Part shown: positions 12,272-23,687 of the stretch, one piece after another
Numbering within the stretch: the stretch's first letter is position 1
How the letters are laid out: each line of letters begins with the position of its first letter
Assembly: GCA_026023565.1 (NCBI GenBank)
Contig: JAPETS010000021.1
Coordinates: 372,001 to 436,000, forward strand
Direction of reading: 5' to 3'
Length of the DNA stretch: 64,000 nt
Origin: Cirrosporium novae-zelandiae
Lineage: Eukaryota
Position numbers and translations under genes: made by a program
Notes under the pieces: generated by a model
Databases searched by the model: none
Told to the model about the DNA's origin: nothing
Seen by the model: the letters and a program-made list of their open reading frames with translations, nothing else

Positions 12272-14713
12272 ATGGGACAGCCATCCTTCCAGGCTTCTAA
12301 TGCCATCATCTACTTGTCTTATGCGGCTTTTTTGTGAGTGACTTCGCATAGCTAGCCCCTCCTTCGTCTACAATAAAACGGATTGACCTAATTTCCTCTC
12401 ATCACAGGATTTCTGGGCTGTACGTTGCATGGCGATGGAGGCATCAATCGAAAAGCGAATTCCTTGCTAGCAATAGGACTCAGAAGGGTTAGCAAAATAA
12501 ACATGACGGCAATGCACTTGCCTTCTTGTTCGGACCTCATTGGCTTCAAGGTGACCCCATCACACTTAACCAGAAGCTAATATTCTCTTAGCAATACCAC
12601 TTGCCTTGAACTTTATAGCTTCGGGTGAGTGCATCGGCGCTCGCATTATTTGATCGCAAGAAGCGGCAGCAAAAGTATTCGATGAGACAAGGGCTGTCTG
12701 TCCATAGACCCTAGAAATATACGATATAGACATGGCTATACTTAATCTGGGAATTGTTAGAGAAGCAAGGTAATAGGTTCGTATACAAAAGCATTAACAC
12801 AACTGGAGGCCTTCGACGTATGTCCACTAAAATTCAATGTTCAATTGATGCTTTGTGTGATGTGTGGAGAAGGCCACTGTTGTGCGGCTCCACTACGGGC
12901 GCTGATTGCGGGCTATCTTCCATCGATCCAACTCCTAGAAATTATTAGGAGGGATCTAGGAAGCCCCTGCCTTTGCATGAAGCTGAGAATGTACCGTGAG
13001 AACTCGATCAAGTTAATGCTTGCGTGAGGAACGTGCTGCCGCTTCTAATCCCTAACCCCCCCTTTGTGTCTAGCTCTAGGTTCGCTAACCCAAATTTCTT
13101 TCCTCTTCAACAGCATTGGGGTCCGGGATTCTATTTTCATATCCTGAAATATCCACCATTGCTGGTGTACAAGGGCTTGTCATCTATGTACTTTCCTCGT
13201 CTCTTCCCCTGATGGTTTTTGGCTTCTTGGGCCCAATCATCAGAAAAAAGTGCCCTGAAGGGTTTGTCCTGACAGAATGGACTCGAAAGCGTTATGGCCT
13301 TATTACAGCTCTGTACTTGAGTACAATGACGTATGGACTGTTAAACAACAAACAAGCAGGTTTTCGTTTTTTACTAACTGGAGAACTAGGATAATCACCC
13401 TCTTCCTATACATGGTTTCCGAACTATCTGCTCTCCAGCAGATTATTACCGCTATGACGGGCTTGGACGGCCTGCCAGCAGTGATTGTTGAGTGCGTTGT
13501 TACAACTATGTATACATGTAAGAGTCATGTAACCCTAATTTCTCTATTTAAAATGCCAATTATTTTTTATAGCGCTAGGTGGCTTCCGGGTTTCTTTTAT
13601 CACGGATAATATCCAAGGAGCTATGGTGGTCGGGTTGATTATCCTGGCAGTCATCACTGTTGGTGCAGAGACAAAACTCGACCGTAGCCTTGTGGACTCC
13701 TCCGGCTTACTTGATGCTAGCTTGCTAGGTTGGCAGCTTATATACATCTTCCCGGTGGCCATATTAACCAACGATTTCTTCATTTCCGGTTTCTGGATGC
13801 GGACATTTGCCTCTAAAACCGATAAGGATCTCATGATTGGCACAACCATTGCCACTGTCGTCGTAACCATTATTCTCACCCTGGTTGGCACGACTGGTCT
13901 CTTAGCTGCCTGGACAGGTGTCTGGCCGGGAAACCCACCTCAGGATGGCTCTATCGCGTTCTTCCTTCTTCTTGGTCAACTCCCTTCCTGGGTTGTTGGT
14001 ATCATCCTAGTCATGACAGTCTCTCTCAGTACCGCTGCGTTTGACAGTCTCCAGAGCGCTATGGTTTCAAACGGCAGCAACGACATATTCCGCAACAAGC
14101 TTAGCCTATGGTGGATTCGTGCTGCTGTGGTTCTTGTCATCATTCCCGTCATAGTTGTTGCGCTTAAGAGCCCTAGCATCCTGCAAATTTACTTGATTAG
14201 CGATTTGGTAAGTGCGGCTGTGGTACCATGTCTTGTCATTGGCTTGAGTAATAAATGCTGGTGGTGGCGAGGGTTTGAGGTTGTTGTAGGTGGGCTTGGT
14301 GGACTCCTTAGTGTCTTCATATTTGGGTGTATTTACCTCGGAAACGCGAAGGATGGTGCTGAACTGCTCCTGCTGGAAAATGGATTGTACGGTGACGATT
14401 GGAGTGCTTTTGGTAAGTGTATTACGCCTTTGGTCTTCTGGCTTTCATTATATGCGGAACTAATAGCAATTATAAAGGTGCCTTCGTTGCCGCCCCCTTC
14501 GGCGGGCTTCTCTTCGGCTTCATGGCTTTGGGTCTTCGACTCTTTTTTCAGTACACACATGCAAGAATCAAGGGCCATAAATTTGATGCTCTTGATCGTC
14601 CGGCGTTTGTTGACCCATCTATCTATACCGCCGTACCGATCACAGATGATGATCGGGTACATGTTGTTGATGAGGAAGCGCCAAATAAGGTTGATGAAGG
14701 AGGAAGGTTCTGA
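12272..14713 (+). CDS. Sodium:solute symporter family (urea-transporter-like) putative thiamine or thiamine-precursor transporter; NCU01977-like
   Basis: Spliced MGQPSFQASNAIIYLSYAAF...IPLALNFIASALGSGILFSYPE...FLYMVSEL...GGFRVSFITDNIQG, with many TM segments. Contains an intronic TPP aptamer. Confidence 0.85.
12884..13042 (+). promoter_or_regulatory. TPP (thiamine pyrophosphate) riboswitch aptamer in intron 12625-13113
   Basis: Core GCTGAGAATGTACCGTGAGAACTCGATCAAGTTAATGCTTGCGTGAGGAACGTG (12982-13035) matches the TPP consensus CUGAGA..UACC..GAACU.GAUC..G.UAAUGC..GCG..AGGAA. P2 is ACGG/CCGT. The extended P3 stem comprises CTTCC/GGAAG, GATCC/GGATC and CTCCTA/TAGGAG. P1 is GCGGC..CAC/GTG..GCCGC. 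Confidence 0.9.
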
Positions 14714-15139
14714 GGGTTTCTTTGGCCACGACTAGGTATTGGGGGCTGTGGATGGAAAGTCTAAGGAGCAATATTGGTCTCTTAGAATGGAGAAGTGGTC
14801 CATTGAGATGATTGTGAGATCATAAATATAGACTGACAAAAGATTTCGCGATTTGCCGTTTTGTCGGCTGATTTGGACCAAGGTGACTAGTTAATATCAC
14901 AAATAGAAGATTATATGATAAATGTTTGAGGTATACTTTACTTTTCTATTTTACTCCGTTCAATATTATTTGCTCAACTATTTCTCTAATGTCATTTCCT
15001 TCATCAACCCTAAAATCAATGGACTAGAAAATATATTCCACACTTAGTTCAACTTAATTTAGGTATGGTTACATATGAATTAATATAATGGACTACGGAT
15101 CATATAATACATAGTCTACATTGTTCATGTTCAATTTTA

Positions 15140-16262
15140 CTACTTTGTCACATGATTTTCCTTCCTTTTCTTCAACAACTGATCTGGATTTGTCTCCTCT
15201 GTCGTCCCCCATACCTGCCACTCCCCCTCCTGGTGATTCTTTACCTTCCTTTGCAGCACTAGATACTCTGTAGCTACCACCTCCTTCCTTGAATTTGGCA
15301 TTGCCTCATCGTTTCTATCTAATGTCACTAATTCCTGTACTGACTGGATGCGAACCACCACTTGCCGTAAACCCCCACCCTCGTATGGAAGCTGCGCTGC
15401 TCTGTGGCTAACGATATGGGGTCGACCGTGGTATTTAACTAGTCTCCAGCGATATTTGAGATTTTTGGAGCGGGAGGCGATGCGTGTAGCTTGGGATTGG
15501 AGAAGACCGGGGAGGGAGATACGACTGAGAGTTGAAAGGTTACCCCTAAGGTTCAAGAAAATCGTGTTAGTCTAGGAATATTTCTATTTCTATTTGCACT
15601 TTTCTTGGTCTTGTTCTAATATTTACTGGAGGGAGGCGAGAAGGTTGATGCAAGTGGACTCACTCGGCTATGGCGGTGTACATCTTCTTGTGAAGATCCA
15701 AGGCGGTAGGCTTAACTTCGCGGTTACTGCGTAAGATTTTGATGGGAGGCTTCACTTTCATTGTCCATTTATAATACACCAGACTGTTGGCGGAGGTTCC
15801 AACGTTAGCTCCTGCTTTAAAGTGTTCTTGAGATGCTGCGAATGAAACAGCAGCGCCATAATCCATTGTGGTTTCACACCTTGCCAAATCAGTAGCCTTT
15901 GCCTTCCATTTTAGGTATGTTAATTTTGTGCGCATAATAGGCGCAGTAAAGACAGAGGGTAGCTTTCTGTTGTTGATGATGAAGGTGTCTTGATCGAAGG
16001 AATAGTTAGCTTCCCTGCTGGGATTGTTTAATTTCAAGCCCATAGATAAAGCAGACTGACCCGGTAGCATCCCAAAATCATACCCTAAACCCTTCGCTAT
16101 ACCCTCTTTTATTGTAGTTTTCGTGGACGGTACGTTTGTCGGCCGCGCCCAGCGGGCCGGGAATTGGGAGAATGAGCGGACATTAGTGCGGTAGAGTGGG
16201 GTATATCCCTTGCGGGATATGGAAGGCAGTGGAATTCGTCTGAAGAGAGGAGATAATGACAT
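15140..16262 (-). CDS. Mitochondrial Tim44-domain protein (Mba1/mL45-like), spliced
   Basis: Arg/Ser-rich presequence. C-terminal motifs LHKKMYTAIAEG, RQVVVRIQSVQEL and EYLVLQRK..GEWQVWGTTEE. Confidence 0.7.
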
Positions 16263-16626
16263 TGGAGAAGGAGGAAGGTATGGGGAGTGGGGTGAGGAGG
16301 GGGTGAGGTAGTACAGCAAATAATTAAAAGTACTCTGACGGAAGTTACAGTACTGTAAGCTACAAAGTTCCTCGTAGGGTTTTCTTTTCTAGATTTTTGA
16401 CTTGGTAGGCAGCGAGTCGGAGTCAACTCAATTCGCAACTACGACTACATTAGACTAATTAATGACCCAGGTTGCTAGTCTCCCTTAGGCCCCAAACCAC
16501 TCCTTCCTCTTTCTCCTCCTCAATACGCACACGACTACCCTTTATATATCAAGGTCTCTTTGCTCCTATAACACTTTACCACTTTACTTCCCTCACATGC
16601 CTTGATTATCCTACCTCATCACAACC

Positions 16627-17725
16627 ATTGCATTCATAACTTTTTTTGCTTCTTCTATTTCTCTTCTGGCTAGAGCCCAAACAACACCCCGCTCATTCCA
16701 TCTGGCTTCTCACGACCCCCCAGCTTATTCCGCCAATGATGTCCTTCAGCGGTCTCGCCCTCCTTCTACCGCAGCTCCGCCATTAGTAGCAACCTCCGCC
16801 GTGCACCCCCGCCTCGCCGTAATTCTTGGCGTGCCTCGACCGTATCATTACCCGCTACTGATATGTCGCGCCTTTAGTACTATCCCGGCGGCGTGGTGGG
16901 GGCTCCGGTGTGCATTCACCTTTCTTGCAGAATTAGTCTTAAAGGATGAGGATAAGGGGAGATGGAATGAGGAGAAGATATCGAGAGTTACCGAAGTGTT
17001 TTTAGCTATTCTCTGGGTAAGTTACGCTGCTGTTCTACGTTGGTCTGGAAACTCGGCCCCAATTGAAAATGGGAGAAGGCCCTAGATTCGATCAAATTTC
17101 TCTAATGTGAGGGGAATTGCAGTGCACTGCATCAGGCATACTCTCTTTTTTCTTTGCCGATTGTCTCATGTCTCGCTGGTACGTTATTGTCCTTGCTGTC
17201 ATATAACTGAGGTGGGAAGCTGGTGATTTATTCGGTTTGCGCAGGCTTATAAACTATACCCCTCCCGCAACAATTGTCCGACTCCTGACAACAAATGCTT
17301 TAATTGCATATATTACCTCCTGGGTGCTCTATCTCGCAGGAGCATCCCAAGACCCCCGCCTTCTTCTTCCAGCCTGGGTCTCCATCTCCACGGTATGTCT
17401 ACCTATCTCACTACCACCGTCTGAAGGATTTTTCTTGCAGAAGAGCTTCTGATTCCTAGCTCCAATTAAACTAACCATTATACCGTCCTGGCGCTTCGGT
17501 ACACTATAGACTCTCACAGTCCTCTACCATCTTACACAACGCAAGCTCAACATCAAGCGCGAGACGTATTTTTGCCTTGGCGTATTTTCTATCTGCAGCT
17601 TCATTAGCATGTGCACCCTCATGCTACAGTCACATTTGATGCGTGCGAATGATCCTGCTGTGCCCTTTTTTATTATCACACAGAAGGCTTTCAACGTGGC
17701 GAGGGAGCTGTTGAGTTATTCATAA
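16627..17725 (+). CDS. EOS1: N-glycosylation protein Eos1-like membrane protein; start codon uncertain
   Basis: Spliced HPRLAVILGV...TEVFLAILWCTASGILSFFFADCLMSRWLINYTPPATIVRLLT...LLLPAWVSISTTLTVLYH. No in-frame ATG upstream of the conserved region. Confidence 0.7.
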
Positions 17726-18886
17726 AAAGCCTTTGAGGATTACTCACAGTTAGCGAATAATTTCCTTGATATGAAACCTTACTGGTAGCGAGTAGGTTCC
17801 TGGAGGTTTACGGTATTCGATCTATGTTATAATTCATGAGATCAAGGCTAAAGTGCTCTCGCGCTCCGAGATAACGATAGACTTCGTTGAATTTGTCTTT
17901 ATAATCTTAAGCAATGAATGTTGGATTCATACATTGTCTTCGCGTACAACCTAAGAGAACAGAAATAGAACTGTCCTTCTACGTGTCTCCTTGCTATCCT
18001 TACATTCATATTTCCATAAAGAACCAAGCCATAACAGGGAATAAATAAACCACAACCAGGTATAGCAAACTTGGACATTCTCGCAACGAAAATGGTAATA
18101 ATGCCAAAATTAGGCAAGATCGTTGTCACGCTATGAAGGGGGACCCCTATGGACGTAGAAGAGACAACATATGTGCCGACCAGAGGTCTTGCTAAGATCG
18201 CAATCATAACCAACAAATAGCCTATGAGAACATAGAACATACTTAGAAGACCCGTATGCACCAAATATGTAAGGCTGGGAGGCGAGGACTTAGGAGAGTA
18301 GATACAAGTAGAGGGGAGATTGCATGAGAGCGGAAAGTATAGTATGCAATATCAGAATTGAGAAATGGGGAGGTGGGAAAATGGAAGAAGATATTAAAGT
18401 GAAGGTGTCGGTGGATGATGGCTAAGGGAGTCAGGAGGTGATCTATCTTATTGAGTGTAATAAGGAGAAGTCGGAGAAACAAAAACAAGGGCGAAACTGT
18501 GGATGAAGCAGAGTGCGAATCGTACCCTCTTCGACTAGATGTAGCCATCACACCGAATTTTATGCAGGGAGATCCGAAAGGAGGGCTAATGGGGCAAATG
18601 GAGCACAAAATTCCGTTTACCAACCTACAAAGCCATTTCGAAATTATTCAGGGGAGAAGCACTGCCAGCGCATGAACTGGGGGTTCTTAATAAGTCTCAC
18701 TCACCGTATACTGTCCACACTTGTGTTTGAATTGATGCCAATAGAAATTTCAATACTTGGCCTCGTTTGTATTCATTCACTTACAGGTCAATAATGTTTT
18801 GCAGATATTTTATCTTGTATTGAAATAGAGGTATTATGCGATGCCCCAATACGAAATTCCCGTTTCCAGCCACATATAGGTATCTA

Positions 18887-19876
18887 TCAAAAGAAAAGGA
18901 TATTCGGTGTTCTTTTCTCAAGATCTCCCGGTTGCCTCTGAACTTGCCTATTCAACAACTGCATCAAGGGTTGCTGAGTTTCTTTGGTGTCGAATATACA
19001 CCGTTTCTTTAGATCAATATAGGATGCATCTATTATTATTTGCTCGCAGTTGTCTAGTGACAGTGCATCTAAAGATTTGTTAGCTATTAAGCACTTCAAT
19101 GATGCTTTGACAGGCCAGATCCTACCAGCATCAATAAGATCCTTTAGCCTCGAAGGAGTTCCCACCGCAATTCCTATCCTAATATATTTTTAGTACTGGA
19201 TTTTACTACATTACTCAATTCGTGTAATAAGAAAATCATCGAATCATACCTCGTTTTCCTCACATATTCAATCGACTCTGCTAGCTTGACGTGTTTCGCA
19301 AATAGCTTCGCTACTAAGGAGGTCTTCGTCTGGAATTTTCGAAGTGCCCGAGTGATATCGCACACCCGTAAAGCTGCAGCAGAGATGTATAGTGTATGAG
19401 GAGAGCCGGAAAACTCCGAAGACTCTGATAGGGATGATATGCGATCAGGTCTAAAGTGTTCAAGGAAAGCGGGGAGATGATCCAAATCTCGTTGGTCTTT
19501 CCAAGTGCTTGTGTCTTTGAATGCAGATTCTGCTATTTTATTAGCCATGTTGTGATAATTATTAAGTGTTAACAAGAAAACACAAGGGACTTGACTGACC
19601 TGAAAGATACCGCTCTTCTAGTTCAACGGGACTAAGGTCCTTTTCAAAACGTCGAATGTTCTGAGCAATGTAATCCGCAAGCATTGAACTGTCCATTTGA
19701 CCGAATGGATATTCGGTTGTAGAGACATCGTAGCTCTTGTTCTTCTTAGGTCGTTTCTTACTAATTTTCTTCTTATTTTTGGTAGTTTTGGGGGTGTTAT
19801 TAGTCTCGAACTCAGGTTCATCGAGCTCGATTTCTAGTTTTCTCTTCTTGGAAACTGGAGAGTTTATCGGTGACAT
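18887..19876 (-). CDS. CMS1: Cms1, 90S pre-ribosome-associated protein
   Basis: Motifs DLSPVELEE, GSPHTLYISAAALRVCDITRALRKF, VAKLFAKHVKL, GTPSRLKDLI and IDASYIDLKKR. Confidence 0.85.
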
Positions 19877-20126
19877 TTTAAGGAGAAAGAAAACTTTAGG
19901 AGCGGTATCAGATATTGAGAGATAGAGCATAAATGGGCCTAGTTTGTGTAGTGGAAATCGATTCTGCTAAGTATAATTACTGTCCTCGGAGGAAAAAAAT
20001 ATTTAGGTAGACTAGTTTAAGCTGTCAAATTGGTATGCGGGGGTCAAGGTCTAAAATTAAGGTTATCTCAGCCACTAAATATACATAGTTAGACTATCTG
20101 CTAGCCTTGACTTAAACTAAGGTAGA

Positions 20127-20140
20127 GCGCGTCGACGCGT
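20127..20140. promoter_or_regulatory. Paired MCB-like elements (GCGCGTCGACGCGT) upstream of CENP-T
   Basis: ACGCGT at 20135-20140 plus an inverted near-copy, about 130 bp upstream of the ATG of a kinetochore gene. Confidence 0.4.
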
Positions 20141-20272
20141 TTGACTCCCATCAAAAGTACTATTACATATCCAATACAAGGACTTTGTATCAACAATATA
20201 AGTATTTTTTAGGAGGTATCTATTTGCTAATGATCTGAATCTGATGCACCTACTTTCAAGTATACAACGAGA

Positions 20273-22068
20273 ATGTCAACATCGCGCCGTAGGTCATTAT
20301 CAACGGCAGAAGGATACCCTCTAGGCAAGGCACGATCAAAGACACCTAGTCAATCGCTAGCAAATTCAGATGATGGCGAAACTATTACACCAAAGGAAAC
20401 CCCGGGTAATAACGTTCGTTCATGGTGACCCATAAACATTCACTTGACTATCTACTGATGCTCATGTTCGATAGCTGCGCCGTCATGCAGATCTTGTCAG
20501 GAAACCTTCCACACCATCCGGTCAGGCTTCAAGCATGGCGCCTGCTTCATTACCAAGACGTACCCCAGGGACAGGCCGTCGACAGCAACCAGGTTCGGCT
20601 AAACGACCAACAACTCCTCACGCAATGCGAGCACTACAGCAGCGTCGAGCTGCAGCACAGACTCCGGCAAGGGATCGTCGGCGAAGCGCGAGAATTGTGA
20701 AACATGGAACACCTAGAGATATTCTGAGAAACCTCAGTAGAGGTATATGTTGAAACTTCCCTTGACTCTTTGAATCATGTTGATCAATTTGCCTAGTACT
20801 TGCACCTGTATCTCAACCAACGCGGCCATCACCCATCGAGATGGAGAAACGGAAGCAATCAACGCAGAAACCTAGGATGCCGCTTGTTGATGATTTTGAA
20901 GAGGAACCTGATCCCCCCAAGCCCCGGCTCTCCTTGCCAATTGATCGGGATGAAGAAGATGAAGACAGCAGCCCAGATATGCGGCCACCGCGGCTCTCCT
21001 TGCTTCTAGATGAAGAACCGCAAAGGAGACAGTCTATCGAAGTTCCTAGGCGTGCTTGGATGGAAAAACCATTCGATCCTTTTAGGCGAGAGAGCTTGGG
21101 TTTGGGGCGGCAGAGTGGGAAATTTTCAGACCTCGAAGACCCTTTAACCTCAGACGGATTTTCCGGTGGGACGGACAGAGGGTTTGAAACCCTCCAGGAC
21201 CAAGATGGCGAGGACTTGGAAGATGAGAATACGATGGGCCGTGATTCTGTGGGCTATGGGTACTATCACTTGAACCAAATTTCACACGTTAATAAGTTAA
21301 CGGTGCTTTAGGGGTGATACCGAAGACCTTAGACGGGTCTTCCTTGAAGAATCGAACCGCAGGCAGAGTCGGCTTACAGATTTAGGTATAGGGGATCTTT
21401 CGGAAATACGAGACGACTCAACCTTTGCCTTCGATGCACCACTAGCAGATGACGAACAATATTTTACACAAGGCATGGGATCAAACATATTCCAGGAAGA
21501 CCAAGCTGGACATGAAACCGAGGAACTAGCAAAATCCAATCTCTTAAACGAGCAAGGGCAGCTTGGTAAAAGAAAGCGAAAAGAGGTAAAATATTCTCAA
21601 TATGGTATTCCATATCCTTCATTACCTGGTCCTCTCGTCAAGAAGCTTGCCATAAACTTTGCCAAATCTAGTGGAATTAGAAAGGCTAGGATGAGCAAGG
21701 AGACATCTGAGGCAATCAACCGTGCTACCGATTTCTTTTTTCGACAGGTTGCCGATGATTTAGAGACCTACTCTAAACATGCGGGAAGGAGGACTATAGA
21801 TGAGTCTGATGTTACAGCTTTGATGAGAAGGTTAGAGACCCAATCGCAAAATACTGAAGGAGAATAAGCATATTTTGTAAAGTCAGATGCTAATGTACAA
21901 ATTAGGCAACGTCAACTAGGTTCAGGGAGCACCCTTTTCTCCCTAGCGCAGAGGCACCTTCCAAGAGAGCTACTTCAATCTGTGCGCATGGAACCATCGT
22001 CAAATCTCTCGTTAAATCGAGCCCGAAGATCTGAACCAGTTGATGAGTCTGAAGAGGACGGGAGCTGA
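20273..22068 (+). CDS. Kinetochore protein CENP-T (Cnp20/Cnn1-like) with C-terminal histone fold
   Basis: TP-rich N-terminus (PTTPHAMRALQQRR, TPRDILRNLSR). Histone fold PYPSLPGPLVKKLA...FFRQVADDLETYSKHAGRRTIDESDVTALMRRQRQ...LAQRHLPRELLQ. Confidence 0.85.
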
Positions 22069-22255
22069 TATGGGACTAGATTGCCCATCCTCTTGAACCC
22101 TACTGACGGTGTACCAAAAGTTTGCTCTTTTATAATGTTGTTGAACCAATGTGCTCATCACCCAAAGCCTAGTTCTTACGAATCTTGGATACCGATAACC
22201 CTTCGAGCTACTACCTCAAATTTCGGCATGGAGTAAAATGCCCGCTAGAGTTTTA

Positions 22256-23449
22256 TTACCACTCCTTGTTTTGACGCACTCTACGAGTTATATCGGTTGG
22301 TGGCTTTCGAACCACCATCCAGAACATCCAAGCTGTAGCTGCTGAAAGAGCATACCTATTGATATTAGCTGGGATGAACAATCAAATGGCATCATGCGAA
22401 AGAGTATGTGTTCAAAGGGGGCGCATCATTGCGAGGGCAGCATTTACCATGTGAAGATATATTGGGCATGATTGTTCTTGAGGTTGACTTCGGCTGGTCG
22501 ACCGATCGGGATACCCTTGGCTTCGTAATCCATAGACCTTAAGAGGTCGGGCTCTTGCATGTTATGTCAATAGAAGCCTCTAAGGAAATATATCAAGGGA
22601 GACCTACCCATGGTTTCTTCAATCCAAACAGCCTGGCTACCCGTCAAATGAGCCATTTCCCCCACGTCTGGGAAATAAAATTCCCCAATGTCAGGCCTAT
22701 TCACTGGTGTAAATCTATTTTTCTTCCATGGTTCTCTTAAGAGCCCCTGTACTGTAACTTCGCTCTTTGGAAGACCTTCTGGCCGATCTTTCTGGTCTTT
22801 CAACTTCTTGGGTATCCATCCTCTGTTGACTAGAATCGTGCTACCTTTCCCTTCCCTTTCCAATGGTGTAACGACCAGGTATCCATTGTTACCATCATGC
22901 ATACGAGGGCCAATCAGCATTTCTTGATCATGGCGATAATGTCCGGTAGTATATACTCTCCGATAATCAAAGTCGGATATTGCATTAGGATCGATCTTAC
23001 GCGGTAACGGAAGAGGTTCTCGGACTAAGCGGTCTTCAAATCGCGCAACTAACTTTGTTTTCCAATCCAGGCGCTGAACCTGCCAGGTTCCTAGGGCAAA
23101 GGCAGTAATAGGCATAATTGCTATCACGCAGAGTTAGCAAGTTGTAACTTCCCGAAAGTAAAACCTCCATGAGACCCCTCTATAAGAGCAACACACCAAG
23201 GAAAGCAAGCCCAAACTTGTTATGCTTTTTACCCGTCCTAACAAGCTGCGGCGGATTATCCACAATCGAGACAAAGTCATCTCTATCGGCTGGATTACTA
23301 GTAAATCTCCTTTGGGGTCGGTTTAAACGTAGGCGGCATTGTGGGTTGATGTGGGTTCCCCGTAGACTGCGCAAAAGCTCTAGAGAAGGAACGGGGGGGT
23401 TACACCTTGGAGTAAAGCGCAACAGGAGTGGAATAGTTTGGAATTTCAT
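22256..23449 (-). CDS. SHY1: SURF1-family cytochrome c oxidase assembly factor
   Basis: Motifs FALGTWQVQRLDWK, ILVNRGWIP and NNHAQYIFTW; three introns. Confidence 0.92.
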
Positions 23450-23687
23450 GTTCGAAGTTGTGGCAGCATGTCTGCACTAATTACTACATTGAACTGAGTC
23501 TTGTAGATGAGCCGAAGTGTTGATGCTTTGATCCCTCGGTGGTTGGAGGTCGCAAACTCCGGAAGGAAGTCTGAGCCGCGGAACCAAGACCTGTGCGCGA
23601 AGGTTCCTGATAGCCTTTCTTTTTCTCTAGTATAAGAAAGTAACCAGGTGTCTTATACTTGTCCACCATCACCCGAACTCTGTAAAC

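Noticed and set aside
18505..18556. tRNA A-box/B-box-like motifs on the minus strand (GGTGTGATGG...GGTACGATTCG)
   Set aside because: There is no cloverleaf or acceptor stem, the spacing is too short, and the B-box-like part is better read as a splice donor.
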